Source: Octopus sinensis (Eukaryota). From it: a stretch of 64,000 nucleotides of DNA. Numbering within the stretch: the stretch's first letter is position 1; every line of letters starts with the position of its first letter. The DNA lies in the NCBI RefSeq assembly GCF_006345805.1, contig NC_043004.1:58590001-58654000 (forward strand), written 5' to 3'. A program made the position numbers and the translations under genes. Shown in pieces: positions 1 through 11,336 of the stretch. The notes under the pieces were generated by a model. The model was not told the origin of the DNA. It made no database searches and saw only the letters and a program-made list of their open reading frames with translations.

Positions 1-883
1 TATTTAAAAGCGTATCAGAAAATATGATACAACACAAAATATATTATTTTACTTCTAGTGATCATCTTCTAGTGAGCAGCAGAAATAGAATTATAGCCTT
101 TTAAATTTTACAATAATTCTTTTTAGCCTAAAATTTTAGTATTACATTTAGAATACAAAAGTTTAGAAAATTTGATTGCTAAATTGGGTATTTCATTTGG
201 TGGGGTCTTATACTTTTGATGTCACATCTAATCTATATATTGTCTGCATCCAGTTATTAGAAATGTCTTTTTAAGTATTCACTGCAGGGGTAAACATTTG
301 TATATGGTCAATATCACAGTTATTTTATGTTGGTTATGTGACTGAGACATGGAGATAGATGAAACATCTTACTTCTTTAAGATATTTCACCTGTTTCTAC
401 TAACTTTTTTTCCCGAGAAAGAAAATAAATTAATTAAATTAGCCATGCATAAAATGAAATTACCTTAGAATAATTATGTATATAAAAGCTTTAAAAAATA
501 AATAGATAGAAAATTTTATAACTCTGTGACACAAAAAGCAATGTTAAATGAAATTACATATTTCTCTTCTTGTTCCTACCTAAGATGAGTCATAAATTAG
601 AAAGGCCATCTAGCTGTAAAATACTGAATACATTGCATTTAATGTATGCTAATATTGAAGCAATTGGTAAAAAAAAATTTAAGAAATAATGCTTAAAAAT
701 AACCAATGACAAAAAATGTATAAATTTTACAGCTAATATTTTTAGCAATAATTCGATGAACATCAAATCTGAAGGTAGCTTTTAATTTGATTTAAAATGA
801 TGAACAATAATTTTTAATTATCTTTTGCAAATGACTAAAAGTTTTAAGTAAAATTACTTTTGGAATTCAAAAGTTTACAGGTA

Positions 884-898
884 ATAATAATAATAATG

Positions 899-953
<55 letters not shown>

Positions 954-1077
954 TAATAATAATAATGATAATATAGGCACAACTTAATTGACCATACCCC
1001 ATATCTAGTGAGAAGGACATAGTCAATTAAATTAACACCAGTACTAGACTTGTACATAATTTTATTAATCCCAATAT

Positions 1078-1133
<56 letters not shown>

Positions 1134-1149
1134 TAATAATAATAATAAT
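884..1149. repeat. (AAT)n microsatellites (884-967 and ~1077-1149)
   Basis: Direct reading. Confidence 0.95.
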
Positions 1150-1239
1150 TTGTTTTTTTTTATTTTTACGTGATTGTTGCTATAAATATCATTTGATATC
1201 ACCATTCACATCATACTATTCCTTGAGCTTTGTTCTCTC

Positions 1240-1410
1240 TTGTGTCAAGGCCATAATCCCTCCATAAATATCACTGTATCTGTTCAGTCATCCTCCAACA
1301 TGATCATTAAAATCCATTACTCTTATGAGAATGTCATTATAATCTCTCTTTGAGGTAGTATACATTAAAAGCCTCATAGAACTGGTCCTTTCATTCATCT
1401 AATTATCATA
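1240..1410 (-). mobile_element. Ancient RTE-type APE endonuclease remnant
   Basis: Minus-strand fragments read KDQFYE...DFNDHVGG...RYSDIYGG, with frameshifts. Confidence 0.45.
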
Positions 1411-1586
1411 TTCATAGGACATTAATAAAGATACAGTGGCTGTCAATTAAACTTGATTATGTTTAATGATATCATTCCTCACCTTAGCTACTTCAATGAT
1501 TATATTCACTATTTAAATTACTTTTAAATCAGTAATTACTAATTGAGGAATTTTCTTGATGATTTGTAAATATAAATATATATATA

Positions 1587-1636
<50 letters not shown>

Positions 1637-4600
1637 CTAATGTAAACATTAAAATATACATCATATCACTAAACTTCTAATGTCCTGTAATAATTCTAGC
1701 ATACTAGAAATAGTTTCTATTACCTTAAGATATCTTCTAATAATGCAAATATGAGGGGTTGTTGGGATTTTTCATGAATTCCCAATAAAATACCCAGACA
1801 CTGAAAGCAACAAGTTGGCAGAGTGGTTGGAACATTGGATAGAATGCTCTGTAGTATTCAGTTCAAATTTCAAACCACTCTAACATCAGCTTTGTCTTTC
1901 ATTCATACGGGGGTCAATAAAAAAGTACTGATCCAGTGCCGTGGATTGGTGGAACTATTTAGACAGACAGGCAAGATGTGCTCTGACAGTAATTTCTGAG
2001 GCAGGCCTGGTGCCACACTGTTTTGGCCTAAGTTGGCATCCTTTCCTTTAGATAGCGGTCATTATTGTGGAGAGGAGAGACTTGCACATAAGAATAACTG
2101 CTGGTCTTCCCAACAAAAAACTCTTGCCAAGTCTCTGCATATATATACAGATGTATGGTCAGCCCAGACTGAAGTGGCTCTGTCCAAGCATTTAAAATTT
2201 TACTTAAATCCCAGTTTCAACATAATGTATAAAACACAATTTTTGGCTAAATGATATTTTCCTTATCATGCAGAATAAAACAAAATTTTGTGGAAGGCAG
2301 AATCACAAATGTAAATTCATGAGCCAAATTTAATTCCCTATTGGAACCTTTTCACTTGTATCATTAGTGCTTTTGAGAAAGACATAAATTTCAGGATTAT
2401 TCGTATCCTCTCTGGTAAATAAATCATGCTTCATGCTTCTATATGAAAAGCTGATGATTGAGAGTCCATTAATTCTAAGTAAATTTAAATTCTTCCTCTA
2501 AAAATATGAATTTACTTCAGCAACCTTTGATAGTATAAAATGGTAAAATTTCTGAAAGTTAGCAAAAGCATTGTTCCTTTAAATATTTTACTGTGACAAA
2601 TGATTTATTGTAAACTGAGTTGTTCTTTTACAATTGTAAATATAAAATACTAATTAAATAGTTGAAATGATTTTAATTACATCGGAAATAGCATCACTCT
2701 AATCGCCTCATCTCTTACAAAGATTTTAAATTATTCCTGCTTTTAATTACCCCTGCTATAATACGCTTTTAAGACATTCTGATGAATAAATAGGTTCAGT
2801 CATACTAAAGTTATTCTTTCATTTTTCGTCTTTCTTTACATTGTGATTCGTTGAAAAAAAAAAATTGTGTTTCTTTTGATGTATTGATATTCATTTATAT
2901 ACTTCATTCAAAATATTTTTGTGTGTTTATGAGTTTGAAACCATGTTTCTTTAAAAGATTTCTTTTTTCCATTATCTATCAAAAATTTAAAAACTGATCA
3001 AGACAAAATCTTGCTTCTTTAACTACTAATTACAACATTAATTTTTATCATTAACAAAATTCGTTCAATTAATCATCATTATCTTAGTATCATTCCAATC
3101 ATTATCATCATTAAACATACAATATTATTCAATGAAAATTTCACTGACAGAAATATTCATTTAGTATACCTCGTGATAGATTATTAATAAATTCTTGCAA
3201 AAGAAGCAATGTTTTAAATTTTGATGAATATTCAAAGAGAAGGCTCTGAAAGAAGCTAAATTTCAAATTTGTAGAACACATAAAAGTTTGTGTTTTTACA
3301 AGACAACTCTTAAAAAAAAGAAGTTACTTGTAGCTTAGGTTTGCATGCAAAAAGTGAAATTTGTCTGTGAATTTTTAGTAGGCACTTTCAAAATTATGCA
3401 TGGTTATTCAACATTTTCTACTGTTTCATTTTTATTCTTTTTGGTAACTCCAAATTTAATAACTCATTAATTGGAGTAAACATGTATTTGAATATAAGAA
3501 AATTTTATCAATCTGCATGTGACAATAATACATGTCATTCTTTTGATCTTTGCAATTTAAAGATAGAACTCTAAAAAAAAAAAGAAGGAAAAACATTTCT
3601 TTGCTGTCTAATTTTTTTTTTAACATCTTTCAAAATCTTATTGTCATTGATAATTAGATAATTGGTTTTGTAAAATATCTCCTCTTGAAAAATAATAATG
3701 AAATAGAAATGTATAAACAATATATTTTTATTTCAAAATTACATTTCATGTGGAAATATAATTCTGTTTCTGATAAATGTTTCCACTACAGTTTTCTTTC
3801 TTCTACTGATCATATTAATACTAATAACTTTGTTACTCACAATGATTATGATAATATTAGTAGTATAATGAAGATGGAGCTTTGTTTCTTGTCATCCACA
3901 CTCCCGAAATCCTATACCTGGCATTGCATATCTTTCATTCTGAAAACTGACTTTCAAATTCCCTTTTAACCATGAATTTGCTCAATACTGAAGCCATTAA
4001 CTTTTTAGGCAGCATAAAAACCGCACTGATTTCACATTATCTCACATGGTTTCTGATTCAAGAAGGTTCCAACAGGCTCTGGGTAAAGTCTTTCCTATGC
4101 AATTGGAATGACAATAATATAACATAATTAAAATAAAATGCCAAGCATATGAAAAAATTAATAATCATGTAAAGTGTGATATTTTTTCAAGATTGCAAGC
4201 CTTAAATTTATACAGAACATCTTTCCTAAAACATAAGTAATAAGCTTGTACAATTCTTTTCAATTTACTTCAAAATCCTATAGACAGATATTGATTTTCC
4301 TTTTAGCAACAAGAGAATCAAATTTGGATGTCTCTTAGTATTACAATTAGTGAGGCATGAAATATATCCAGGCTACTTTTTACATTGACGTCCAAAATTG
4401 CTTAAACTGCAAATTCTATATTTTCTTTTGATAAAATGTCTTCACTTAAAATTGATTCAATTGAAAACTCTGTAAAACCTGACTTTTTGTTTTCACAACT
4501 ATGTGCACTGTTTAGAGATTTCTTAATTAAGGTTATTGCTTTGATGGTAAGAGCGATAATTAAAATGATGATAGTAATTGCGGCATGGATTCTATAAGTG

Positions 4601-6139
4601 GAGCTTGTGATGATGAGAAATTATAACTTGGCAATGAAAACAATGAAGAATATGATAGTCATGATGATAATGAAACAATGCACAACTACTCCTATACTTT
4701 CTAAAATAAGACTGCTTCAGTTGAAAAATGTAGTATAAGAATATTATCTCTCGTACTGAAATTAATATTTTTGGTTGTGAAGGAGTAAATTTTATTTTCA
4801 TTTATCTATTCTTAATGTCACATTAGCTATCAAGCTTTACAAATTTAGAAATAGTATGTTGTGTGGACGTCCCCAGACGATGAAGTAGACTAGCCCAATA
4901 CGTAGATATAGAGGGAGAAGTCTAGACGTCAGGGTTAAGTAGAGGTCATATGAACGTGCGATATAACTGTGGTGACGAGGATTTCATAGCACACACAGCC
5001 ACTGTGTAGTATTGCAATATAACAAAGTAAAACCATAAAATTTTTATACTGAGGAAAGGTTTGAATTTGGTAGACAAAACAACTCTTAGAGATATCTACA
5101 ATGAATTTACAATTTTTAAATATGCTTGTGTGCTTGGTTACTCGTATAATATGCTAGTATTTATGATTAAACGTTTATATGGACCTAAAATTTTGAGGTG
5201 AAATATATTGTCTTTCATTATATAACACCTACGTTGTTGCTGCTCAATTCAATTTGATTTAAGCTTAAGAGGCCTTAGTCATGCGAGGGCAAAACAACTT
5301 CTATTGGTGCTTGTGCTATAAAAGATGCATCCTGCATACTCTTTAAAGTGGTTATTATTCAGAGAAATATCCAGCCATAGAAATCTTATCAAAACTGAGG
5401 TATTGAAGCAAGGTTACAATCCTGTGACCTGTCAAATCCCAATGAGCTGCCCAACCTATACTAGCATGGAAAATGAGTGGTAATGTGGTGGTGAGAATGA
5501 TGATGATGATGACGATGACAACGATGATGACGACGACGATGATGATGATGATGGTGTTTTGGTGGTAGTGATGATGATAATGTTGATGAAGATTTTGATA
5601 ATATAACATTATTTTCACAAATAACATTCTTTATATTAAGTATCAGGATTCCAAATTTACACTGAAAATACACTTTTTATAATAGAAAAACATTACGCTT
5701 GCTTTCTATAATTTTGCATAGACTTCTATTTTTCATTCATTCCTAAGATTAATTTGTAAAATTGAATTTGAATTAAATCAAATTTATTTTTATGTAAGTT
5801 ACTTTAAATTTATATTTAATTTAATGCCAGCTTAATTCAATATAGCTGATTTTCTGTCTTAAATTTTTATGGCGTATCAATTCTCCTTGTGTATTTCTCA
5901 ACACGATGCTTTTGCAGCAGGTTCACCAGCCTGGCATCATTTTATTCCATTATATGCTTGAATATATATATCATGTCTGCTAAATCTTTATAGAATTTAT
6001 CATATACAAATTATATAATTTACAATTTTTAGTGACCTTATAATCTTTCTTATTCGTTTTCACTTTTACTTCTTTGAGTACTAGTACACTGGTGAAGAAA
6101 CAGTTATTTCTTGTTACAGGCAACTTGATTTTGGAATGT

Positions 6140-6415
6140 TAAGGCCACTCCCCTTGGTGAAGAGGATTGGCCAGCAAGAGTCTTGTGCCAGTTCCATATA
6201 AAAAGCACTCATGCTGCTGTCATGTAAAAGCAGTCAGTAGTGCCATGTCAAAAGCACCTAGTAAAGTGGTTGGCATTAGGAAGGGCATCCAACCATAGAA
6301 ACCAAGCAAAATCAGACTGGAATCTGGTGCAGCTCTCCTGCTTGCTGGCTGTGTTCAAACCAGCCAACCCATGCCAGCATGGAAAACAGACATTAAAGAA
6401 TGATGATAATGATGG
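6140..6415 (+). mobile_element. Family E copy, diverged (more decayed ones at ~5255-5480, 51320-51470 and 61470-61620)
   Basis: GGTTGGCATTAGGAAGGGCATCCAACCATAGAAACC...CCAACCCATGCCAGCATGGAAAAC. Confidence 0.75.
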
Positions 6416-6571
6416 ACTAGCACAATTTAGATAGTGATATAGAAATGAAAGTCTCATCACAACTTTTGATGACTGTCTATCTCCCACTGAAGAGGCTCAA
6501 AGTAAGAAAAGCTCTGAAATTAAGACTTGTGAACTGCTCAGATGTTTCATTCTGTTACCTACATAATATAA

Positions 6572-6957
6572 GGAGGCGCAATGGCCCAGTGGTTAGGGCA
6601 GCGGACTCGCGGTCATAGGATCGCGGTTTCGATTCCCAGACCGGGCGTTGTGAGTGTTTATTGAGCGAAAACACCTAAAGCTCCACGAGGCTCCAGCAGG
6701 GGATGGTGGTGATCCCTACTGTACTCTTTCACCACAACTTTCTCTCACTCTTACTTCCTGTTTCTGTTGTACCTGTATTTCAAAGGGCCGGCCTTGTCAC
6801 TATCTGTGTCATGCTGAATATCCCCGAGAACTACGTTAAGGGTACACGTGTCTGTGGAATGCTCAGCCACTTACACGTTAATTTCACAAGCAGGCTGTTC
6901 TGTTCATTCGGATCAACCGGAACCCTCGTCGTCGTAACCGACGGAGTGCTTCCATCC
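6572..6957 (+). mobile_element. tRNA-derived SINE, full length with TSD (family D here)
   Basis: A-box TGGCCCAGTGG and B-box GGTTTCGATTCC head; 11-bp TSD ACATAATATAA at 6561-6571 and 6958-6968. Confidence 0.88.
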
Positions 6958-7366
6958 ACATAATATAATTAGTTCCAGAGCAGATAGGTTGAGAGTATTG
7001 AGGCTAGAAGACTTTCTCAACAAAGCGTTTCTTTTCACTTGTTCATTCATTTTATACCTGCTTATCCATGCTACCATGCAATAGACAAATGCAAATTTTT
7101 GAGAAATTATTTTTGAAGCTGCATGACCATACCTGTTTTTCGAATAAGAGATTTTCACTCTACTCACCATCAAAAGGACAGAACTGACAGGCAATTTATT
7201 GAGATGATATCAACAGACATCACTGTCCATAATTCAACACATTTTCATATGAAGTGCAGTCAGTAAACATTCATAGAGTTACACAGACAGCACACATTCA
7301 CACACATATACACATGCATGTGTATATATATATTTTTATATATTTTAATATTTGTGTGTGTGTGTT

Positions 7367-7394
<28 letters not shown>

Positions 7395-7398
<4 letters not shown>

Positions 7399-7600
7399 GA
7401 AAAAAATAAGTCAAAATAGAAAATGCTAAAATAATTTTATAAAGAACATTTCAGTACCGGTTTCAGTCATTTTGAGACCTTTTCAACTGTAACGATTAAA
7501 TAATTAAATTTAGAAAAATTAAAAGAAATGTTTTTTTAAAAGGAATATCTGTAAAGTATTCAAATATAAGTGGCATTTTAATTGTTTCTGCCTTGCTCTG
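7395..7600 (-). mobile_element. Short hammerhead-bearing repeat fragment (probable Penelope-like terminus) abutting (TA)n
   Basis: Contains the 7449-7492 hammerhead fold and ends in a TA microsatellite. Family assignment is inference. Confidence 0.45.
7449..7492 (-). ncRNA. Minimal hammerhead ribozyme, U3-A8 core variant
   Basis: Minus strand: TTACAG-TTGAAAA-GGTC-TCAAAAT-GACT-GAAA-CCGG-TA-CTGAAA. Palindromic ACCGGT stem III; stem I has one mismatch. Confidence 0.6.
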
Positions 7601-7606
7601 TCTCTC

Positions 7607-9610
7607 TTGTTCACACTTGTGGGTTCGAGGTCGTTATATATGTCTATGAAAGCTGTCTATGGACCGCAGTTCTCCTTTGGATCAACCCCCCTGCTCAGCT
7701 CAGATGGAACCTCACTCCTGACTAACAAGAGGCTGATCCTGGAGAGATGGGCGGAGCACTTCAACATCGTGCTCAACCGACCAGCCCAGATCAACGAGGA
7801 AGCCATCGCACGACTCCCCCAGGTGCCGACAAACCACGAGTTGGCTGTTCCCCCTGCAGTCGGGGAAGTGAGCAGAGCCATCAAAAAAATGTCCACCGGC
7901 AAAGCTCCAGGCTCTGACGCCATCCCTGCAGAGGTGTTCAAGTCGGGAGGCCCCACCATGATCAGTCAGCTCACCAACCTGTTCCAGTCGATGTGGGACA
8001 GGGAACAACTCCCTCAAGATTTCCGGGATGCAACAATCGTCCACATTTATAAGCGGAAAGGAGATCGGCAGTCCTGCGACAACCACCGAGGTATTTCCCT
8101 CTTGTCCATAGCAGGCAAGATCCTGGCCCGGGTCCTGCTTGACCGCCTTCTGGAACACTTGGAGCAAGGCCTTCTCCCTGAGAGCCAGTGTGGCTTCCGT
8201 GCGGGTCGAGGGACCACTGACATGATATTCGCCGCCCGCCAGCTCCAGGAGAAATGCATGGAGCAGCACCTTGACCTCTGCATGACCTTTGTTGACCTCA
8301 CCAAGGCCTTTGATACAGTCAGTCGGGAGGGACTATGGAAGGTCATGGGAAAATTTGGTTGCCCCAGCAAATTTATTGCAATTGTCCGCCAGTTCCACGA
8401 CGGAATGACAGCCAGAATCCTTGAGGACGGCGACTCATCTGAAGCCTTCCAGGTGACCAACGGAGTCAGGCAGGGCTGTGTCCTGGCCCCAACACTGTTC
8501 AGCATCATGTTCTCGGCAATGATGTCCGACGCCTTTAGGGACTGCAAGTCCGGTATCAACATCAAGTACAGGACAGACGGGAAACTTTTCAACTCCAGGA
8601 GATTGCAGGCTGTCACAAAGGTGAGGGAGACAGTCGTCAGAGACTTTCTCTTTGCTGACGACTGCGCCCTTAATGCAATCGATGAGCAGGAGATGCAGCT
8701 CGAGATGGACAGGTTCTCATCAGCCTGTGACAACTTCGGTCTCACCATCAGTGCAAAGAAAACCGAAGTGATGTTTCAGCCAGCCCCCGGCAAACAATAC
8801 CATGAGCCTCAGATAAGGGTGAACGGACGGATCTTACGAGTGGTGGAAAACTTCACCTACCTGGGCAGCACTCTCTCCTGCAATGCCAACATAGATGCTG
8901 AAACCATCAACAGAATCTCCAAGGCAAGCAGCGCATTTGGGAGACTGCGAAAGAAAGTCTGGGAGCGGAGAGGAATCAGCCTCAACACCAAGCTGAAAGT
9001 CTACCGGGCAGTCGTGCTTACCACTCTACTATACGGCTGCAAGACGTGGACTGCTTACCGAAGGCACGAGCGCCAGATAAACCACTTCCATCTCAGGTGT
9101 CTTCGGAATCTCCTTCACATCCGCTGGCAGGACAAAGTCCCAGACATGGAAGTTCTGAAGCAGGCAGATCTCCCTAGCACCATCACAATCATGCGCAAGG
9201 CCCAGCTGAGATGGGCGGGCCACGTCTCCCGCATGTCCGACACTCGCATCCCAAAACAGCTCTTCTACGGTGAACTCAGCCAGGGCAGGCGCAAAGTCGG
9301 AGGGCAGAAAAAGCGCTACAAGGATAGTCTCAAGGTCTCTCTCAAAGACTTCTCCATCGGAACAGAAACCTGGGAGACACTTGCTGCCAACCGCTCATCC
9401 TGGCGCAGCGCAATCACCGTGGGAGCAGGGACAGCCGAGGAGGGACGGATTCGGTCAGCGGAGCAGAAACGTCAGATGCGTAAAGTCAGAGCCGCCTGCA
9501 CCAGTAGCACTGCCCCTACCCACTTCTGCCCCACCTGTGGGAGGGGCTTCCTTGCCCGGATTGGCCTCACCAGCCACCTCCGGTCTCATGGCGGCAGTTC
9601 CATCAGATGA
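7607..9610 (+). CDS. RTE-type reverse transcriptase with C-terminal CCHH zinc finger; endonuclease missing by 5' truncation; first ~12 codons come from flanking DNA
   Basis: 667-aa ORF with non-LTR RT motifs GKAPGSDAIPAE, NHRGISLLSIAGKILAR, PESQCGFRAGRGTTDMIF, FVDLTKAFDTV, GVRQGCVLAPTLF, catalytic FADD and FTYLGS; C-terminal CPTCGRGFLARIGLTSHLRSH. Confidence 0.93.
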   Translation: MFTLVGSRSLYMSMKAVYGPQFSFGSTPLLSSDGTSLLTNKRLILERWAEHFNIVLNRPAQINEEAIARLPQVPTNHELAVPPAVGEVSRAIKKMSTGKAPGSDAIPAEVFKSGGPTMISQLTNLFQSMWDREQLPQDFRDATIVHIYKRKGDRQSCDNHRGISLLSIAGKILARVLLDRLLEHLEQGLLPESQCGFRAGRGTTDMIFAARQLQEKCMEQHLDLCMTFVDLTKAFDTVSREGLWKVMGKFGCPSKFIAIVRQFHDGMTARILEDGDSSEAFQVTNGVRQGCVLAPTLFSIMFSAMMSDAFRDCKSGINIKYRTDGKLFNSRRLQAVTKVRETVVRDFLFADDCALNAIDEQEMQLEMDRFSSACDNFGLTISAKKTEVMFQPAPGKQYHEPQIRVNGRILRVVENFTYLGSTLSCNANIDAETINRISKASSAFGRLRKKVWERRGISLNTKLKVYRAVVLTTLLYGCKTWTAYRRHERQINHFHLRCLRNLLHIRWQDKVPDMEVLKQADLPSTITIMRKAQLRWAGHVSRMSDTRIPKQLFYGELSQGRRKVGGQKKRYKDSLKVSLKDFSIGTETWETLAANRSSWRSAITVGAGTAEEGRIRSAEQKRQMRKVRAACTSSTAPTHFCPTCGRGFLARIGLTSHLRSHGGSSIR

Positions 9611-9655
9611 TGTCAGTTGGTCATCTTCGAACCGAAGGACGAACATTATATTATA
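7644..9655 (+). mobile_element. Young 5'-truncated RTE-clade (BovB/RTE-like) non-LTR retrotransposon
   Basis: GC-rich block in AT-rich flanks carrying the RT ORF. It has a short 3' UTR ending GGTCATCTTCGAACCGAAGGACGAAC plus an (ATTAT)n tail. Direct repeat TTATATATGT at 7634-7643 and 9656-9665 is the target-site duplication. Confidence 0.93.
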
Positions 9656-9724
9656 TTATATATGTATGTATAATATACATATATATACCTATATCTATAT
9701 ATATATGTTGGTATGTATGTCTAT

Positions 9725-9768
<44 letters not shown>

Positions 9769-10125
9769 GTATACATGAGACAGGCTTTGTAGAGTTTTTA
9801 TCTACTAAATTCACTCAAATTGTTCACACTGATGTTATAGTTGTAGACACTTTCCCAAAGCATGTGGTAGAGAAGCAAACTTATTAGCCACATACCCAAG
9901 CCTGCACCCATCCATACAAAAGCTACATGTTAGAATTAAAATGATGCATGGTAGAAAAACATGTAAGGTAAAAGTGTAACTGCTGGTTCAACTCTCATTA
10001 AATCTGCTGAATGTTTAGCATTGATTTTATTCAAGAGGACTAATCATATGTGAGCAAACAACAGTGGTTGAATATCTGACACATTCAGTATGTAAAATAA
10101 TAGACATCTATAATAGTGTATATAT

Positions 10126-10351
10126 TTCTTTACTACCCACAAGGGGCTAAACATAGACGGGGACAAACAAGGACAGACAAAGGGATTAAGTCGATTACAT
10201 AGACCCCAGTGCGAAACTGGTACTTTATTTATCGTCCCAGAAAGGATGAAAGGCAAAGTCGACCTCGGCGGAATTTGAACTCAGAACGTAGCGGCAGACG
10301 AAATACGGCTACGCATTTCGCCCGGCGTGCTAACGTTTCTGCCAGCTCACC
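10126..10351 (-). mobile_element. ~225-bp SINE family B, young copy
   Basis: Minus strand GAGCTGGCAGAAACGTTAGCACGCCGGGCG...GAGTTCAAATTCCGCCGAGGTCGACTTTGCCTTTCATCC; very similar to 52785-53009. Confidence 0.88.
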
Positions 10352-10938
10352 AGTATACATGATATGTGAATGGTTGATTGATTCATACTGGGTGAAAGAG
10401 TAAAAATGTTGTGAGTTATAGAGGACAGTACTTCTAACAAAGATAGATTGGAGTAGATTGGGGTAAATGTGTTGAGGTAAATCTAAAAACATGTGGGCCT
10501 CTCAAAACCTAATCTGGAGATGATACACTGCAAACTGATGGGGAAACAGACACTATGAAATGACAACATATCAATAATTTTCGTGTAGCCTGTCTCAGCT
10601 TTAATGAAGCTGACATAATGAAAATGATGGCAAGAACATCGAGCATGATAATACAGATAACAATGACAATATTCATAATGCATGTTAAATGAAGTAAATG
10701 AATTATTCCTTTATTAAAATATTCTATAAGTTATGCATAGAAACATTCTATTGATAGAAACAGTCAACATCTTTCAAAAAATAGGATTTTTAAGAAAAAT
10801 ATTCAACAGATGATGTTTAAAGCTCTTTAATTGAAATGAAGAAATATTTTTGTAATGCTTTATATTTTCTACTGCCTGTGTTTATATCATTGTTATCATA
10901 TAGTTTAATATTGTTTTTACATTTTAAAACTAAATGTA

Positions 10939-11336
10939 GGCGCAGGAGTGGCTGTGTGGTAAGTAGCTTGCTAACCAACCACATGGTTCCGAGTTCAGTC
11001 CCACTGCATGGCATCTTGGGCAAGTGTCTTTTGCTATAGCCCCAGGCCAACCAATGCCTTGTGAGTGGATTTGGTAGACGGAAACTGAAAGAAGCCTGTC
11101 ATGTATATATATATATGTATGTGTTTGTGTGTCTGTGTTTGTCCCCCTAGCATTGCTTGACAACCGATGCTGGTGTGTTTACGTCCCCGTCACTTAGCAG
11201 TTCGGCAAAAGAGACCGATAGAATAAGTACTGGGCTTACAAAGAATAAGTCCCAGGGTCGATTGCTCGACTGAAGGCGGTGCTCCAGCATGGCCACAGTC
11301 AAATGACTAAAACAAGTAAAAGAGTAAAGAGAGAGT
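10939..11336 (+). mobile_element. Abundant ~400-bp tRNA-derived SINE family A
   Basis: GGCGCAGGAGTGGCTGTGTGGTAAG...GTTCAGTCCC head, internal TA/TG microsatellite, GTAAAAGA-type tail; at least 8 substantial copies in the window. Confidence 0.9.

Noticed and set aside
4861-5030. CpG-containing island in AT-rich DNA (also ~41700-42000)
   Set aside because: Probably repeat fragments; no TSD, ORF or fold could be supported.
6572-6645. tRNA-like sequence (also 24755-24825 and 55829-55900)
   Set aside because: SINE heads continuing into SINE bodies (TSD-flanked at 6572 and 55829); not tRNA genes.
6444-7083. ~80-codon plus frame restored by removing the SINE, and the minus ORF 6913-7194
   Set aside because: No recognisable domain or supporting splice sites.
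7657-9223. Minus-strand ORFs of 64-233 aa overlapping the RT
   Set aside because: Antisense shadows of a GC-rich coding sequence; no recognisable motifs.
9270-9887. 205-aa plus-strand ORF
   Set aside because: Alternative frame of the RT end running into microsatellite.
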